Shown one piece after another: positions 12,833 to 24,191 of a DNA stretch of 64,000 bases (position 1 is its first letter; each line of letters opens with the position of its first letter). The DNA is from Podarcis bocagei (Eukaryota). The position numbers and the translations under genes are program-made. Under the pieces are notes generated by a model that did no database searches, was not told where the DNA came from, and worked only from the letters and a program-made list of their open reading frames with translations. Location: NCBI GenBank assembly GCA_964188305.1, contig OZ076898.1; one strand, written 5' to 3'.

Positions 12833-13057
12833 CAGTGGTACCTCGGGTTAAGAACTTAATTCGTTCTGGAGGTCTGTTCTTAACCTGAAACTGTTCTTAA
12901 CCTGAAGCACCACTTTAGCTAATGGGGCATCCTGCTGCTGCCACACTGCTGCATGCGATTTCTGTTCTCATCCTGAAGTAAAGTTCTTAACCCGAGGTAC
13001 TATTGCTGGGTTAGTGGCGTCTGTAACCTGAAGCATCTTTAACCCAAGGTACCACTG
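12833..13057. mobile_element. Same MITE family, second copy, 225 bp
   Basis: TA|CAGTGGTACCTCGG...AAGGTACCACTG|TA; empty site in paralog near 18875. Confidence 0.92.
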
Positions 13058-13883
13058 TACTGCCAAAAGAAGTAAAAAAACAACAACACCTCAAGCTGGG
13101 GAGGGTAGCCTGTTCCATAACAATATATATAAATATAGGGTTTTGAGTAATGCTTCATGTAGGGAGTTCGATTTGAACAACTGAACTTTCAACCCTGTCT
13201 TCTCTATGTATTCTTTAAATCTGCTCCAATGGGTCTTCCTCCTCTCTGGAGCAGATATTGAGGATGCAGGAGACACTATGGAGGAGAGGAGGGGAAAGTT
13301 CTGTGGCATTAGTGGAAGTCTGAAGTGCTGCCGAAGCAGCAGCATCAGATATGGTTCATTATTTATTAAAATATTTCAACAGTAACAGTTTCAAACAGTT
13401 AAATTAAATATTAAGCTTGAAGGTAAGAACTTGTGTGTACTAGTTTCAAACTTATTTAGGAGGTTGCTTATGCTTCCCCCTTTTGAAATTTGTAGGAGAT
13501 AAACGTTTTTATTGTCTATAAAGCTTTTAAAAAGTTTTTTAATGAAACTTTTCTTTATTTCATCATTTATTCAGTTTAGTACAAGAAAGGGCTTAGTTTT
13601 CAATCTATGAAAAATAGTATATCAGTCCTAATATCTTGTATTTTTTTCAATTTCTCATGGTCCATTTCTTCCCTTGATTTAAACAAAAACAGCTGATGTT
13701 TCTCATGTATAGTTCCATGCATTATCTCACAGAAACAGGCATGTGGGAAGTTTTGTCCTTCTCTGGCTCATGGTTTCTATACCTTTCTTACATAATCCAG
13801 AATTATCACAGCAGAAGAAGAATTGGTATGACCAATACCTGTACCTCCACTATCCCAAGTGACTCTTTCAGCTGCACATTACA

Positions 13884-14828
13884 ATGAGGACCCAGACAAG
13901 GAATGTGACTGAATTCATCCTATTAGGATTCGCTGGAACTAAAAGGGTTGAACTTGTACTCTTCACTTTATTCTTCATCAGCTATGTTTTTGCTTTGGTA
14001 GGCAACTTTATCATTATTGCCTTGGTGTGGTGTGAGAGGACTCTTCACAGCCCAATGTACATGTTTATTGCTAACCTGTCATTTTTAGAGACTCTGTACA
14101 CCACCGCGGTTATCCCCAAAATGCTAGTCAACTTCATGAGTCAGAGAAAATCTATCGCCTTCCATAGTTGCATTTTGCAGGTCTACATCTATTTCTCAGC
14201 AGGTTCCAGTGAGTTCTTCCTTCTGGCTGTCATGTCATTTGACCGCTATCTTGCCATTTGCAACCCACTGAGATATACAGCCATCATGACCGTGAGACTT
14301 TGCCTCCTGCTTATTGCTGCCTCCTGGATGTGGGGCTTCTTTGCAGTCCTACCACCTACAATCCTGGTAAGCCAGCTGCCATTTTGTGGACCCAATTCTA
14401 TCAACCATTTCTTTTGTGATGTTGACCCAATTCTCAAGCTGGCCTGCTCTGATGTAAGGAAAATTGAAATGATTAATTTTGTCAATTCAGCTTTGCTCCT
14501 CCTAGGCTCATTACTGTTGACGAGTGTGTCCTATATATCCATTATTGGAACAGTGCTTAGGATCCCCTCAGCAAAAGGACGACAGAAAGCATTCTCTACA
14601 TGTGCCTCTCACCTAATTGTGGTGACATTGTTCTATGGGAGTTCTATTTTCATTTATGTTCAGCCGCAAAAAAACCACTCATTGGACCTCAACAAGGTAG
14701 CCAGCATACTGAACACAGTGATAACTCCATTACTGAATCCTTTCATTTATAGTCTGAGAAACAAGAAAGTGAAAGAGGCCCTGCGACATTTAACCAGAAG
14801 AAAGATTTTCCCTTTAATTAATTGCTGA
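13884..14828 (+). CDS. Olfactory receptor, family 6-like, 314 aa (paralog 2)
   Basis: Full set of OR motifs; highly similar to 1786-2793; acceptor TTTCAG at 13866-13871. Confidence 0.95.
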   Translation: MRTQTRNVTEFILLGFAGTKRVELVLFTLFFISYVFALVGNFIIIALVWCERTLHSPMYMFIANLSFLETLYTTAVIPKMLVNFMSQRKSIAFHSCILQVYIYFSAGSSEFFLLAVMSFDRYLAICNPLRYTAIMTVRLCLLLIAASWMWGFFAVLPPTILVSQLPFCGPNSINHFFCDVDPILKLACSDVRKIEMINFVNSALLLLGSLLLTSVSYISIIGTVLRIPSAKGRQKAFSTCASHLIVVTLFYGSSIFIYVQPQKNHSLDLNKVASILNTVITPLLNPFIYSLRNKKVKEALRHLTRRKIFPLINC

Positions 14829-15986
14829 GTCCTGGAAACAGGGGAAAGTTTCCCTACACTATGTAGTGTTGATTAACAATTAAAGTAAATGGGGACTATT
14901 TGTAAAATAAAAAATAAAAATCTTTATTACAGCTTTAAAACTTTTAGTAGTGGGTGGGGTTGAGTTTGTAGTTTTTACTGAGAAGACCAGATTGAACATT
15001 CTCACCCAGGGTCACACATTCTCACAATTTTGTGGTTTCCTGAGCTCCTTTGGAAAGCAGCAGAAAACCAATATCATTGTTATTAATAATATATATTACT
15101 ACAAACCTGAAAATTATTCTGTGAGTGTTAGATGTGGAAAATAAATCCTCAAAGAAACTGTTTCACTTAGCTAATTACAATTATATAGTTGCATTTCTGA
15201 GTTTTGTTTAATGTTTTGACTGGTACTTTATATTTGAATTTATAGATCTCCAGCAGCAATATATTCCACAAATATTTTCTGGGGAATTTTTTGGTCATGC
15301 TGAAGCCAGTTGTGAAATACTTGAAGTTATTTATGATGATTTCTAATTGCAAACGTTGAAGAATTAAGCCACAATTTTCTTTTGCATAGTCAACTAGTAC
15401 TCTGTTGTAGAGAGACAGTCATTTGTCTCTATTAAATGGAATCTGCAGCAAAATATTTTGGTGTGGAATGTTTCTGTTTAAGGTGCCAGCCAGCCAGTCA
15501 GACATATCCCATTCCAGGGTACTCCATTACATCCCTTCTAGTTTTGTGGTTTCCAACCTCAACTCCCACCCCAGGATTGACCCAACAATTGAGCATTCAG
15601 TCTGGTGTGGAGGTGCCATGCTTCACAAGAAGCTTTCTTTTAGGAAAGCCATTGGCAAAGCCTCACTCAGAATCTGAAAGATTGCCCTTTCCCCTACACA
15701 GCTGTTGATCCTGGGGTGGGTGAGTGAGGAAATCCAATTTCAGAGTGTCATCTGTATCCTGCAGGATTACAGCTGTTATGCAGTGAGCAATCCTTTGCTG
15801 GGTGTGTGAGTGCTCCTCAAGTGTCCTTCCTCTCCTTGATCCACCTATTGAGGGGAGGGGGCAGTTTGGGGAGTGAGGCTCCATAACCAGCTTTTCTAAA
15901 GGAAATTTGCTTGTGAAACACTCTGCGGGACTTCAGCTGGTACAGCTTTCAGGCTTGCAAATGGATTCCAAACTTGGAAACATGGT

Positions 15987-16030
15987 TTCTTCTTCTTCTT
16001 CTTCTTCTTCTTCTTCTTCTTCTTCTTCTT

Positions 16031-16067
<37 letters not shown>
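15987..16067. repeat. Compound (TCT)n(ACT)n microsatellite
   Basis: Direct reading. Confidence 0.95.
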
Positions 16068-16070
<3 letters not shown>

Positions 16071-17164
16071 CTTGAAGCAAATAACATGGAAAGAAGCACT
16101 GCAGTTGTTCTCTTAGATTTCTAAGAAGTGGCTCTTATGTCATGTGAAAGCTTGAATATAATGCACAAATTAGCAGGGAAACATCCAGAAAATGAAATAA
16201 ACTGCTGTGTGAACACTGCCCAGGTGTACAGCAAAGAAGCAAAGGGTAAAACTTCCACACTCAACATAACAGTCTGAGCCAGATCAGAGAGCACAAACAA
16301 AAAACAACAACACTCATGCAATTGCTAAGTGTGTGTCCAATGTTGTTTCTAGTTTGGCCAGAAAGGATAAACCAATAAAACATGTGAAGTACAGTGTACA
16401 TTTTTGATAGGAATCGTTGATAACCCTTGATATTGGAAGTGGAGTCTTATCACTGCACATTATCACATTAAAAGTGATTATTCAATAAGTACACAGTTCA
16501 TCCCATAAACAGGATAATTCCTACATAAACTGATAGAATGTCCCCTAAAATGGCTGCAAGAAACAGCACTATGTCCATGTCAGCACCCAAATGCCTGAGA
16601 GAACAAAAATGACTGCTTGGTGCTGATCAGATATCAGTGGTAGCACTAGGCAAGGTTGCCCGTTAAGAACATTCTGCACATGGGTATGGATAACTGATAT
16701 GGATTAGACTGATCTGTCCATCCCTGGTACAAAGTCAAGGCATGAGGAACGTATAATACAATAGCCCTGAGATATACTGCATCTATTGCAGTATAACAAA
16801 ACAGTTAACTTCTCAAATAAGTGGTGTGGTAGAATGCACTCTAAAATTTATAATTGTGTGCTCTGTGCACAGTTGCTTGCCAAGATGTCTGTTAGTAACT
16901 TTTCCCATCACAGTTCCTCGCCTTGCATTTATTGGCCTGGAAAAAATAACGTAAGAGTTTTTAAACTTGTTAAAGTTCTTAAATGCTTTTTCAGAGGCAT
17001 TTAGAAACACTAGAATATTGTCACTTCTACGTACACTATCCCCAGTAAGGGGTGTAGCATATTAAATTTTACTGAGAGTAGACCTATTGGAATTAATGGA
17101 CATACGTTAGTCATGTCCATTGATTTTAACAGGTCATTAATTTTAATATTCTATGCATAACATT

Positions 17165-17660
17165 AGATTTGGAAGCTGCAGTTAGCGCAGAATACTGCAG
17201 CACGATTTCTGACAGAAGTGGGGACCATGTGCTCAGAGATCTGCACTGGCTGACAATTTGCTATTGGTCCAAGTTCAAGCTGTTACTATCAGTATATAAA
17301 GCCATTAATAATGTGGGACCAGTTTGCTTGTGAGATTGCCTTACCCCACATGTGCCCACTGAACCACTTTGATTGGCAAAATCAGCATTACTACAAGTGC
17401 CAGAAAAAACTTGATCATTTAGTGTAGCAGTGCCTACACTATGGAACTCCCTGCCTATTGAGATCAAGCAGCTGCTTTCACTGTACTATTTTTTGTGCCA
17501 GCTAAAAACATTTTAGTTCAGACAAGTCTACCCAGATGATTAGGAAACTGAGGCGATTTTAAACTATTTTAGTATTTTAACCTTTGCATGTTTCAAAGAA
17601 TGGCTCTAGTTTTTTTCATGATCCTATTGTTTTATCTCTTTGCTAACTGCTTTGAATAAG
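17165..17660 (+). mobile_element. Degraded L2 ORF2 3' fragment
   Basis: Translates with breaks as WKLQLAQNTAARFLT...LHWL...KFKLLLSVYKA...FSVAVPTLWNSLP. Confidence 0.7.
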
Positions 17661-19300
17661 TCTGGGAAAGTGTCCTTAAACTGCCATATTCAACCACAAA
17701 GTGTAGTTTATGTCATCTACCGCAAGAAATCTCATTAGCTGTAATGAAATACATTTTTTTGCTTTCCTCAAAATTCCTCAAATGTTTCACCTGATGAGAG
17801 ACATTCAGATTCACACAAATGTGAATCTAGAAGACATTTTGTAGATAACTCCACAAAGGTGCAACACCCAACACAAATCCAATGAAACATGCCAGATGAC
17901 AATAGGCTTGTTCACATATTACATTGAACCAAGGCACAAGTTGTCTCCCTACGGAGTTTTTGTAAATATGTATATAGACTCAACACTCATTAAACATTAC
18001 ATGTGAATAATTGTACAGGTGTACAGCTCACCTGTTATATACACAAATTCTAAACTCATTGAATTCTGTGTGTGAAGTGGAAGATTCAGTGATCAGAGAA
18101 ACAAAATATTTCATTATTCATTCTGTATTTTAAATGTCTGCAAATAAGTGCTTTGGAACTGGTTCAGGGATATATTGGTAGGCCTGATATAATTTGTTCC
18201 TTGGGGATACATACTTACCCTTTGATGAATAACTGTTTCCACATATCCTGTAGTAAACAACACTGTGTTCATTTGGTCTCTATCATGAAGAAAAGGATAA
18301 AGGACTATAATGTTCTAGGCTGCTGCCTTCTTCATTCACCTAATATTTACACTGAAACTTTTAAAACAGTATTAACTGCTCTCTCACACACCTATGTTCA
18401 GCCAGTTCTCTCCTGTGGGGGTGGTAAGAATCCAAGATAATGAAAACCTGAAAGAAGCTTGAAAAAAAACATTAATATTGCTGAGGATGGACCCATTGCT
18501 TAATTTTGGCAATTTGGAAATATATGTTTGTTTTCGATTTTATCCCTGCAGCTCTCTGAAAGAGGCAAGGCAGAAAAAATTGTAGCTTAATTAGACTATG
18601 CTTCATGAATTACCTTTTATTTTGACAAACATGTCAATGAAAATAAGAAGGGGAAACCGATAATGAAGATTGGGGTTTCACTGGCACCCTATGGGTGCAA
18701 GTTACATCTGTAGAGAAAAGAGATAAAGGCTTATTGCTGAAGACCTGAGAGAGGTGGGAATGGTTCTATTTTCTCTTCTGCTTCTCTTGCCATCACTGTT
18801 TATGTTCCATCCACTTTTTCCCTCTGCTTCCTCATTCTCTTTGTTCTGTTCTAAAATTCATTCCAGCAGTGTCACTACTGGTAGAAGAAGTGAAACATAC
18901 TGAGATAATAATATGTGTATTTATTTTATTAAAATATTCCAACGGTAAGAGTTTAAAACAGAAGCTGGGGGCATGTTGGATGAATTAAATAATAAGAGTC
19001 AGGTTATCAATTAGTGCTTTTCAGTACCATTGATTTTAAACTGGAACATTTAGGAAATTACTCACATGTCTTGCCTTTGAAATTAATGGGCGATAAACAT
19101 GTTTAACACTCTCTAAAGTGTTTTATTTTATTTATTTATGTTTAAAAATGAAATATTGGCCTTATTGCACATTTCTATTGTGTAATTTGATAGAGGGCAA
19201 ATGTTTTGCATTCATGAAACATAGAATTCCAGTTTTGGTTCTTTCAATACTTCTCTCTTCCCTACTTTCCCTTAGTTTAAGCAAGCATAATTGATTTCTC

Positions 19301-19402
19301 GCAGTGCGGGAGGCAGTGGAGGACAGAAGTGCCTGGCGTGCTCTGGTCCATGGGGTCACGAAGAGTCGGACACGACTAAACGACTAAACAACAACAACAA
19401 CA
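19301..19402 (+). mobile_element. Bov-B (RTE) LINE, 5'-truncated 3' end, 12-bp TSD
   Basis: GTCCATGGGGTCACGAAGAGTCGGACACGACTAAACGACTAAA(CAA)n; AATTGATTTCTC at 19289-19300 and 19403-19414. Confidence 0.9.
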
Positions 19403-19583
19403 AATTGATTTCTCCATGCATGGTCCGACTGGGAATGCCATATGGACTCTTCCATGCTTCTCAAACTCAGTTTTCATGCCTGTCTTATCTTATCTAAAAT
19501 TTCAGAGTGGAAAAAGAATTTGTCTGCCCAGCTGTTACCCATCTCTCCATTTCCTCAAGTGACTGTTTCAGCAGCACATCACA

Positions 19584-20585
19584 ATGAGGAACCAGACAAG
19601 GATTGTAACTGAATTCATCCTCTTAGGTTTCTCTGATACTAAGGTGGATGAACCAGTACTCTTCACTTTATTCTTCATCACCTACACTGTTGCTATGGTA
19701 GGCAACTTTATCATTATTACCTTGGTGTACTGTGAGAACAGCCTTCATAGCCCAATGTACATGTTCATTGCCAACTTGTCTATTTTGGAGGCTCTCTACA
19801 CCACCACAGTTATCCCCAAAATGCTAGTCAACTTCATGAGTCAGAGAAAATCCATCTCCGTCCATAGTTGTATCTTGCAAGCCTACATTTTCTTCTCAGC
19901 AGGTTCCAGTGAGTTTTTCCTTTTGGCTGTCATGTCGTTTGACCGCTATCTTGCCATTTGCAACCCACTGAGATATGCAGCCATCATGACCATGCGCCTT
20001 TGCCTCCAGCTTATTGCTGCCTCCTGGATGTGGGGCTTCTTTGCAGTCCTACCACCTACAATCCTGATAGGCCAGCTGCCATTTTGTGGACCCAATGTCA
20101 TTAAACATTTCTTTTGTGATGTTGACCCCTTACTCAAGCTGGCCTGTTTTGATGTAAGGAAAATTGAAATGATTGATTTTGTAAGTGCAGCTTTGCTGCT
20201 TCTGGGCTCATTACTGGTGACAAGTTTTTCCTATATCTTCATCATTGGAACAGTGCTTAGGATCCCTGCAGCCAAAGGACGACAGAAAGCATTCTCTACA
20301 TGTACTTCTCATCTGATTGTGGTGACACTCTACTATGGGAGTTGCATTTTCATGTATGTTCAGCCACAAAAAAACCACTCTTTAGACCTGAACAAGGTAG
20401 TCAGCATACTGAACATAGTGGTAACTCCATTGCTGAACCCTTTCATTTATAGTCTGAGAAACAAGAAAGTCAAGGAGGCCCTGAAACATCTTGCCAGGAG
20501 AAAGACTTCGCCCTTAATTAAGCTCAGATTTCTGAAACAGGAAAATGGACCTATGCACTGTGTAGTATTAAATAATGGAAGTTGA
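19584..20585 (+). CDS. Olfactory receptor, family 6-like, 333 aa (paralog 3)
   Basis: Full set of OR motifs; acceptor TTTCAG at 19566-19571. Confidence 0.95.
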   Translation: MRNQTRIVTEFILLGFSDTKVDEPVLFTLFFITYTVAMVGNFIIITLVYCENSLHSPMYMFIANLSILEALYTTTVIPKMLVNFMSQRKSISVHSCILQAYIFFSAGSSEFFLLAVMSFDRYLAICNPLRYAAIMTMRLCLQLIAASWMWGFFAVLPPTILIGQLPFCGPNVIKHFFCDVDPLLKLACFDVRKIEMIDFVSAALLLLGSLLVTSFSYIFIIGTVLRIPAAKGRQKAFSTCTSHLIVVTLYYGSCIFMYVQPQKNHSLDLNKVVSILNIVVTPLLNPFIYSLRNKKVKEALKHLARRKTSPLIKLRFLKQENGPMHCVVLNNGS

Positions 20586-21275
20586 TAAAGGTGGGGAGGT
20601 TGGTGGGAAGGTGTACACACATCTACAAGGGTGGAAAAATGGTTCAGCTGAATTTTCTAGATGTGTAGATCATTTTCCTGGGAAACATTTAATCTTTTTT
20701 ACTGTTCGAAATCTCTAACAAATGCGGTGTGGTGGAGCTTCTGGCTTTCAGTGAGGCGATATTCATTAAAAAATTTATTCAGTGATGAATCTCACAGGAC
20801 AGTCTTTGTACAGATACTGTCTTACAGTCTCAGCTAACTCAGAGAGTTGGTTTGAAAACAGTAACACTATAATCCACTTTTTTTTACTTTCTCAGCTCCT
20901 GTGAAAAGGGGCATATAGCTGTTATTAATAATTTTGATAATGATGAGGCTGAGAATGACCTGAAAACTCTATTGTGTGCGTCTCAGATGAAGAAAATGTA
21001 ACCTCAATATAAAATGTTTTACTTGGTTAATGACAATTATGCAATTGCATTTCTGAGAGACATCAATTTTACAATTTAAATTTGTTTGTTAACTATAATT
21101 TTCCAACAAACATTATTATCACACTGTATCCAGCTGTGAATTTCATGAAGCTAATTGTGATAAACTTTAATTGTTACGTTTGAAAACTTAAGCAACAATT
21201 CAGTTTTTGGTGGTTACACAATTCTCTGTTGTAGAGAGATTACCATCAGTCACAAATAAATGGGATTCACACACA

Positions 21276-21277
<2 letters not shown>

Positions 21278-21322
<45 letters not shown>
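21278..21322. repeat. (TG)n microsatellite
   Basis: Direct reading. Confidence 0.95.
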
Positions 21323-21326
<4 letters not shown>

Positions 21327-22876
21327 GCTTCTATTATGGTTCCAGCAAGTCATGTCCTTGCCCTATTCCAGGATATCCATTCAATCTCTTCCAGTGTTCT
21401 GGTTTTCTACTCTTCCTGCAACAGTCAGGCAGCATTTGGTACCAATTTCTCTCCCTCCCTGTCTCTTTTACAAAACTCACACACTCCCTCACAAACTACA
21501 AACCCAGGGATGCAGATATCTCCCTACTGTGCCTGTTTGGTACTATTTGGGCTATGTAAGTTTTTACACAACTGGAGAATGCCACGTATCATTATGATAT
21601 GGCTGTTTCATCGCACCTTTTTATGAAATTGAACTGGGATCATATAGAGAGGGCATGCTGACATCCTGATGCAGGGAATGGTGATGTTCTAGTATTTTGT
21701 GCAGTATGCACATGTATTAATAGAAGTAAATATACAGGCAAGTAAATGAGAAGAATTAATTTCCAAAATTCTGACTTCACAACCTGAATCTGCATTAACT
21801 ATTACTTTCAAGTTTCTGATCCTTTTGAAACACACACAATATTTCACGTATTCCCCCCTGATGAGCTTTATAGACTACCTGAGAGTCTCCAGTTCTACTG
21901 AGAATAAGTTTGGTAGTCTCTTTCCCAATGTCTTTTGCACACTTGGGACCACAGATACAATGTGTGATGCCACCTGTAGGCTGCAATGCATTTATTAACA
22001 GGCTCTGTTGGGGGAGAAGTGAGCTTCTGAGGATTTCAGTAGGGCAAATTGAACACATGGCATATCATCGGGGTTAACCTGAATGTTCCCTCAACCTGTT
22101 CAGTACCTATTCATATTTTGCAACCTCATGTCATCCAACTGAAAGGTAAAAATTAAGCAGTTCATAATTCTTGCCTTCCTTATTCCTGCCTGCACTTAAT
22201 CAATGAGTGCCTTTCGCTCTCACAATCAAAATAGTTCATGTATTTTTCTTGACATTTCTTTCCATTTCTATTAAAATAGAGGGGTGGGGGTGGGGGTGGG
22301 GCACTGAATTTTATTTCCATGTGAGGACAGGATGAATGTTGCCATTTGATTCACACAGTTCCTAGACCCTTGCCTCCTACTCCAAATATGTGATCAGAAT
22401 TGATAGCAGTTATCTGTGTCTGGGGAAGGAAAAGTAGGACCTTCTAATCTAATGTGTCCATCCCCAATCAATACTACCATGGCATGATAAACTGCTCTTC
22501 ACTGAGCACTATGTGTGTGCCATGAGATTCAAATAATTTAACTTCTATTGTAGTTCTAATGATTTGAGAGACGGGTATATTGGATAAGCTTGGTATGGGG
22601 AGAGCGGGCAGCACTATGCTGTTCTCTGGTATTAAGAGATGATGAAACTTATATCTCTCCCCCCTTAAAACTTTAAATCCATTCAGTTATTGTTAATGGG
22701 GAGGAAATAGGGGGGTGGGGGACAACACCCATGTCAAAATTATGACATTTTCTTCCCCCCAGATCAAAAGTAGCCTTTTTAAGGGGGGGCATATGAGTAA
22801 CAAAAAGAGAATTCTGCCTTACTAACTTTGGTTATGCTGCCTGTTTTTTTGTAGGGCAAAATGTATTAAGGACAAA

Positions 22877-23869
22877 ATGTCCAATGAAAGCACCATTACG
22901 GAATTCCTCCTCCTAGGTTTCTCTGAAGTTCGGGAGATACAGCTTGTATATTTTGTGATCTTTCTATTGATCTATATGGCAGCATTGCTAGGGAACATCC
23001 TCATCCTTGTGGCTGTGGTCACAGATCCCCATCTTCACAATCCCATGTACTTCTTCCTGGCAAATTTGTCTGTTATGGACCTTGGGTACATCTCAGTCAC
23101 AATACTAAAAGCCATGGCTAACTGTCTCATGAACACCAGGTTGATATCTTATTCTGAGTGCATTGCTCAAGTCTTCTTTCTCTTTTTCTTCATGGCATCA
23201 GACTTTTTCCTCCTCACAGTCATGGCATATGACCGGTATGTTGCCATTTGTGACCCATTGCATTATGAAACAGTAGTGAATAAGGAAGCCTGCATCCAAA
23301 TGGTGACTAGTACATGGATCAGTGGTCTCCTTTATGCAACGTTACACACTGGAGCAACCTTCGCTGTTCCTTTCTGTTCCAACACCATCAATCAGTTCTT
23401 CTGTGAGATACCTCAACTACTTAAGCTCTCCTGTTCTGACTTGTACCTTGTTGAAGCTGTGGCTCTGGGCTTGAGTGCATGTCTAGGACTCGGCTGCTTC
23501 AGTTTCATAGTTGTGTCCTATGTGGAGATCTTCAAAACAGTGTTCAGAATTCCTTCGGCACAGAGTAGAGACAAAGCCTTCTCTACTTGCATTCCTCATC
23601 TCAGCGTTGTCTCCTTATTTCTTTTCACTGGCATCTTTGCCAACCTAAAACCAACTTCCAACTCCCTGGCGGGTCTGGACAGTTTAGTTGCCATGGCTTA
23701 CTGTGTCCTTCCACCACTGATGAATCCAGTAATTTATAGCATGAGAAACAAGGAGATCAAAGCAGTGTTGTGGAAAATCTATGGCAGATCCTGGAAAAAA
23801 CATACCAAAGGAAAATGTGGCTGTATAGGTCTGTGGCATAATATGCAAACAGGAACATCTACTCCCTGA
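22877..23869 (+). CDS. Olfactory receptor, family 14-like, 330 aa
   Basis: Motifs [48 protein letters not shown] and PPLMNPVIYSMRN; acceptor TTTTTTTGTAG ending at 22854. Confidence 0.93.
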   Translation: MSNESTITEFLLLGFSEVREIQLVYFVIFLLIYMAALLGNILILVAVVTDPHLHNPMYFFLANLSVMDLGYISVTILKAMANCLMNTRLISYSECIAQVFFLFFFMASDFFLLTVMAYDRYVAICDPLHYETVVNKEACIQMVTSTWISGLLYATLHTGATFAVPFCSNTINQFFCEIPQLLKLSCSDLYLVEAVALGLSACLGLGCFSFIVVSYVEIFKTVFRIPSAQSRDKAFSTCIPHLSVVSLFLFTGIFANLKPTSNSLAGLDSLVAMAYCVLPPLMNPVIYSMRNKEIKAVLWKIYGRSWKKHTKGKCGCIGLWHNMQTGTSTP

Positions 23870-23920
23870 GTAGGATATGGAAGTTTCTGACTGGCACATA
23901 GTACACAAGATGATTTGAAG

Positions 23921-24191
23921 CAGGGGCGCCACATATAGGGACTGGAAGGGGCTTTGGCCCCCTCAATATTGGTGGGCAGGGGGCTGAGCCCTGCAATATT
24001 GAGGGGGCAACCATCCTCTGCCACCACCGGGTGCCCTCCGAGTGCCCCTGCCCTCACCAAGGAGCCAGGCGGGGGCTGAGATGAACAAAGGGCACAGATC
24101 ACCCTCCATGCATCCTGCCTCCTCCCAGCGCCATCATGTAATGCATCACATGAGTGGGCTCCCTCAATGTGGGGGCAAGTCAGCTCCCCTG
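23921..24191. mobile_element. Non-autonomous hAT-like MITE
   Basis: Termini CAGGGG...CCCCTG; 8-bp TSD ATTTGAAG/ATTTAAAG (7 of 8 match). Confidence 0.7.

Noticed and set aside
14246-14485. Antisense ORFs recurring within OR paralogs (also 19946-20137, 39999-40181, 51421-51603)
   Set aside because: Their recurrence is explained by conservation of the sense-strand OR codons.
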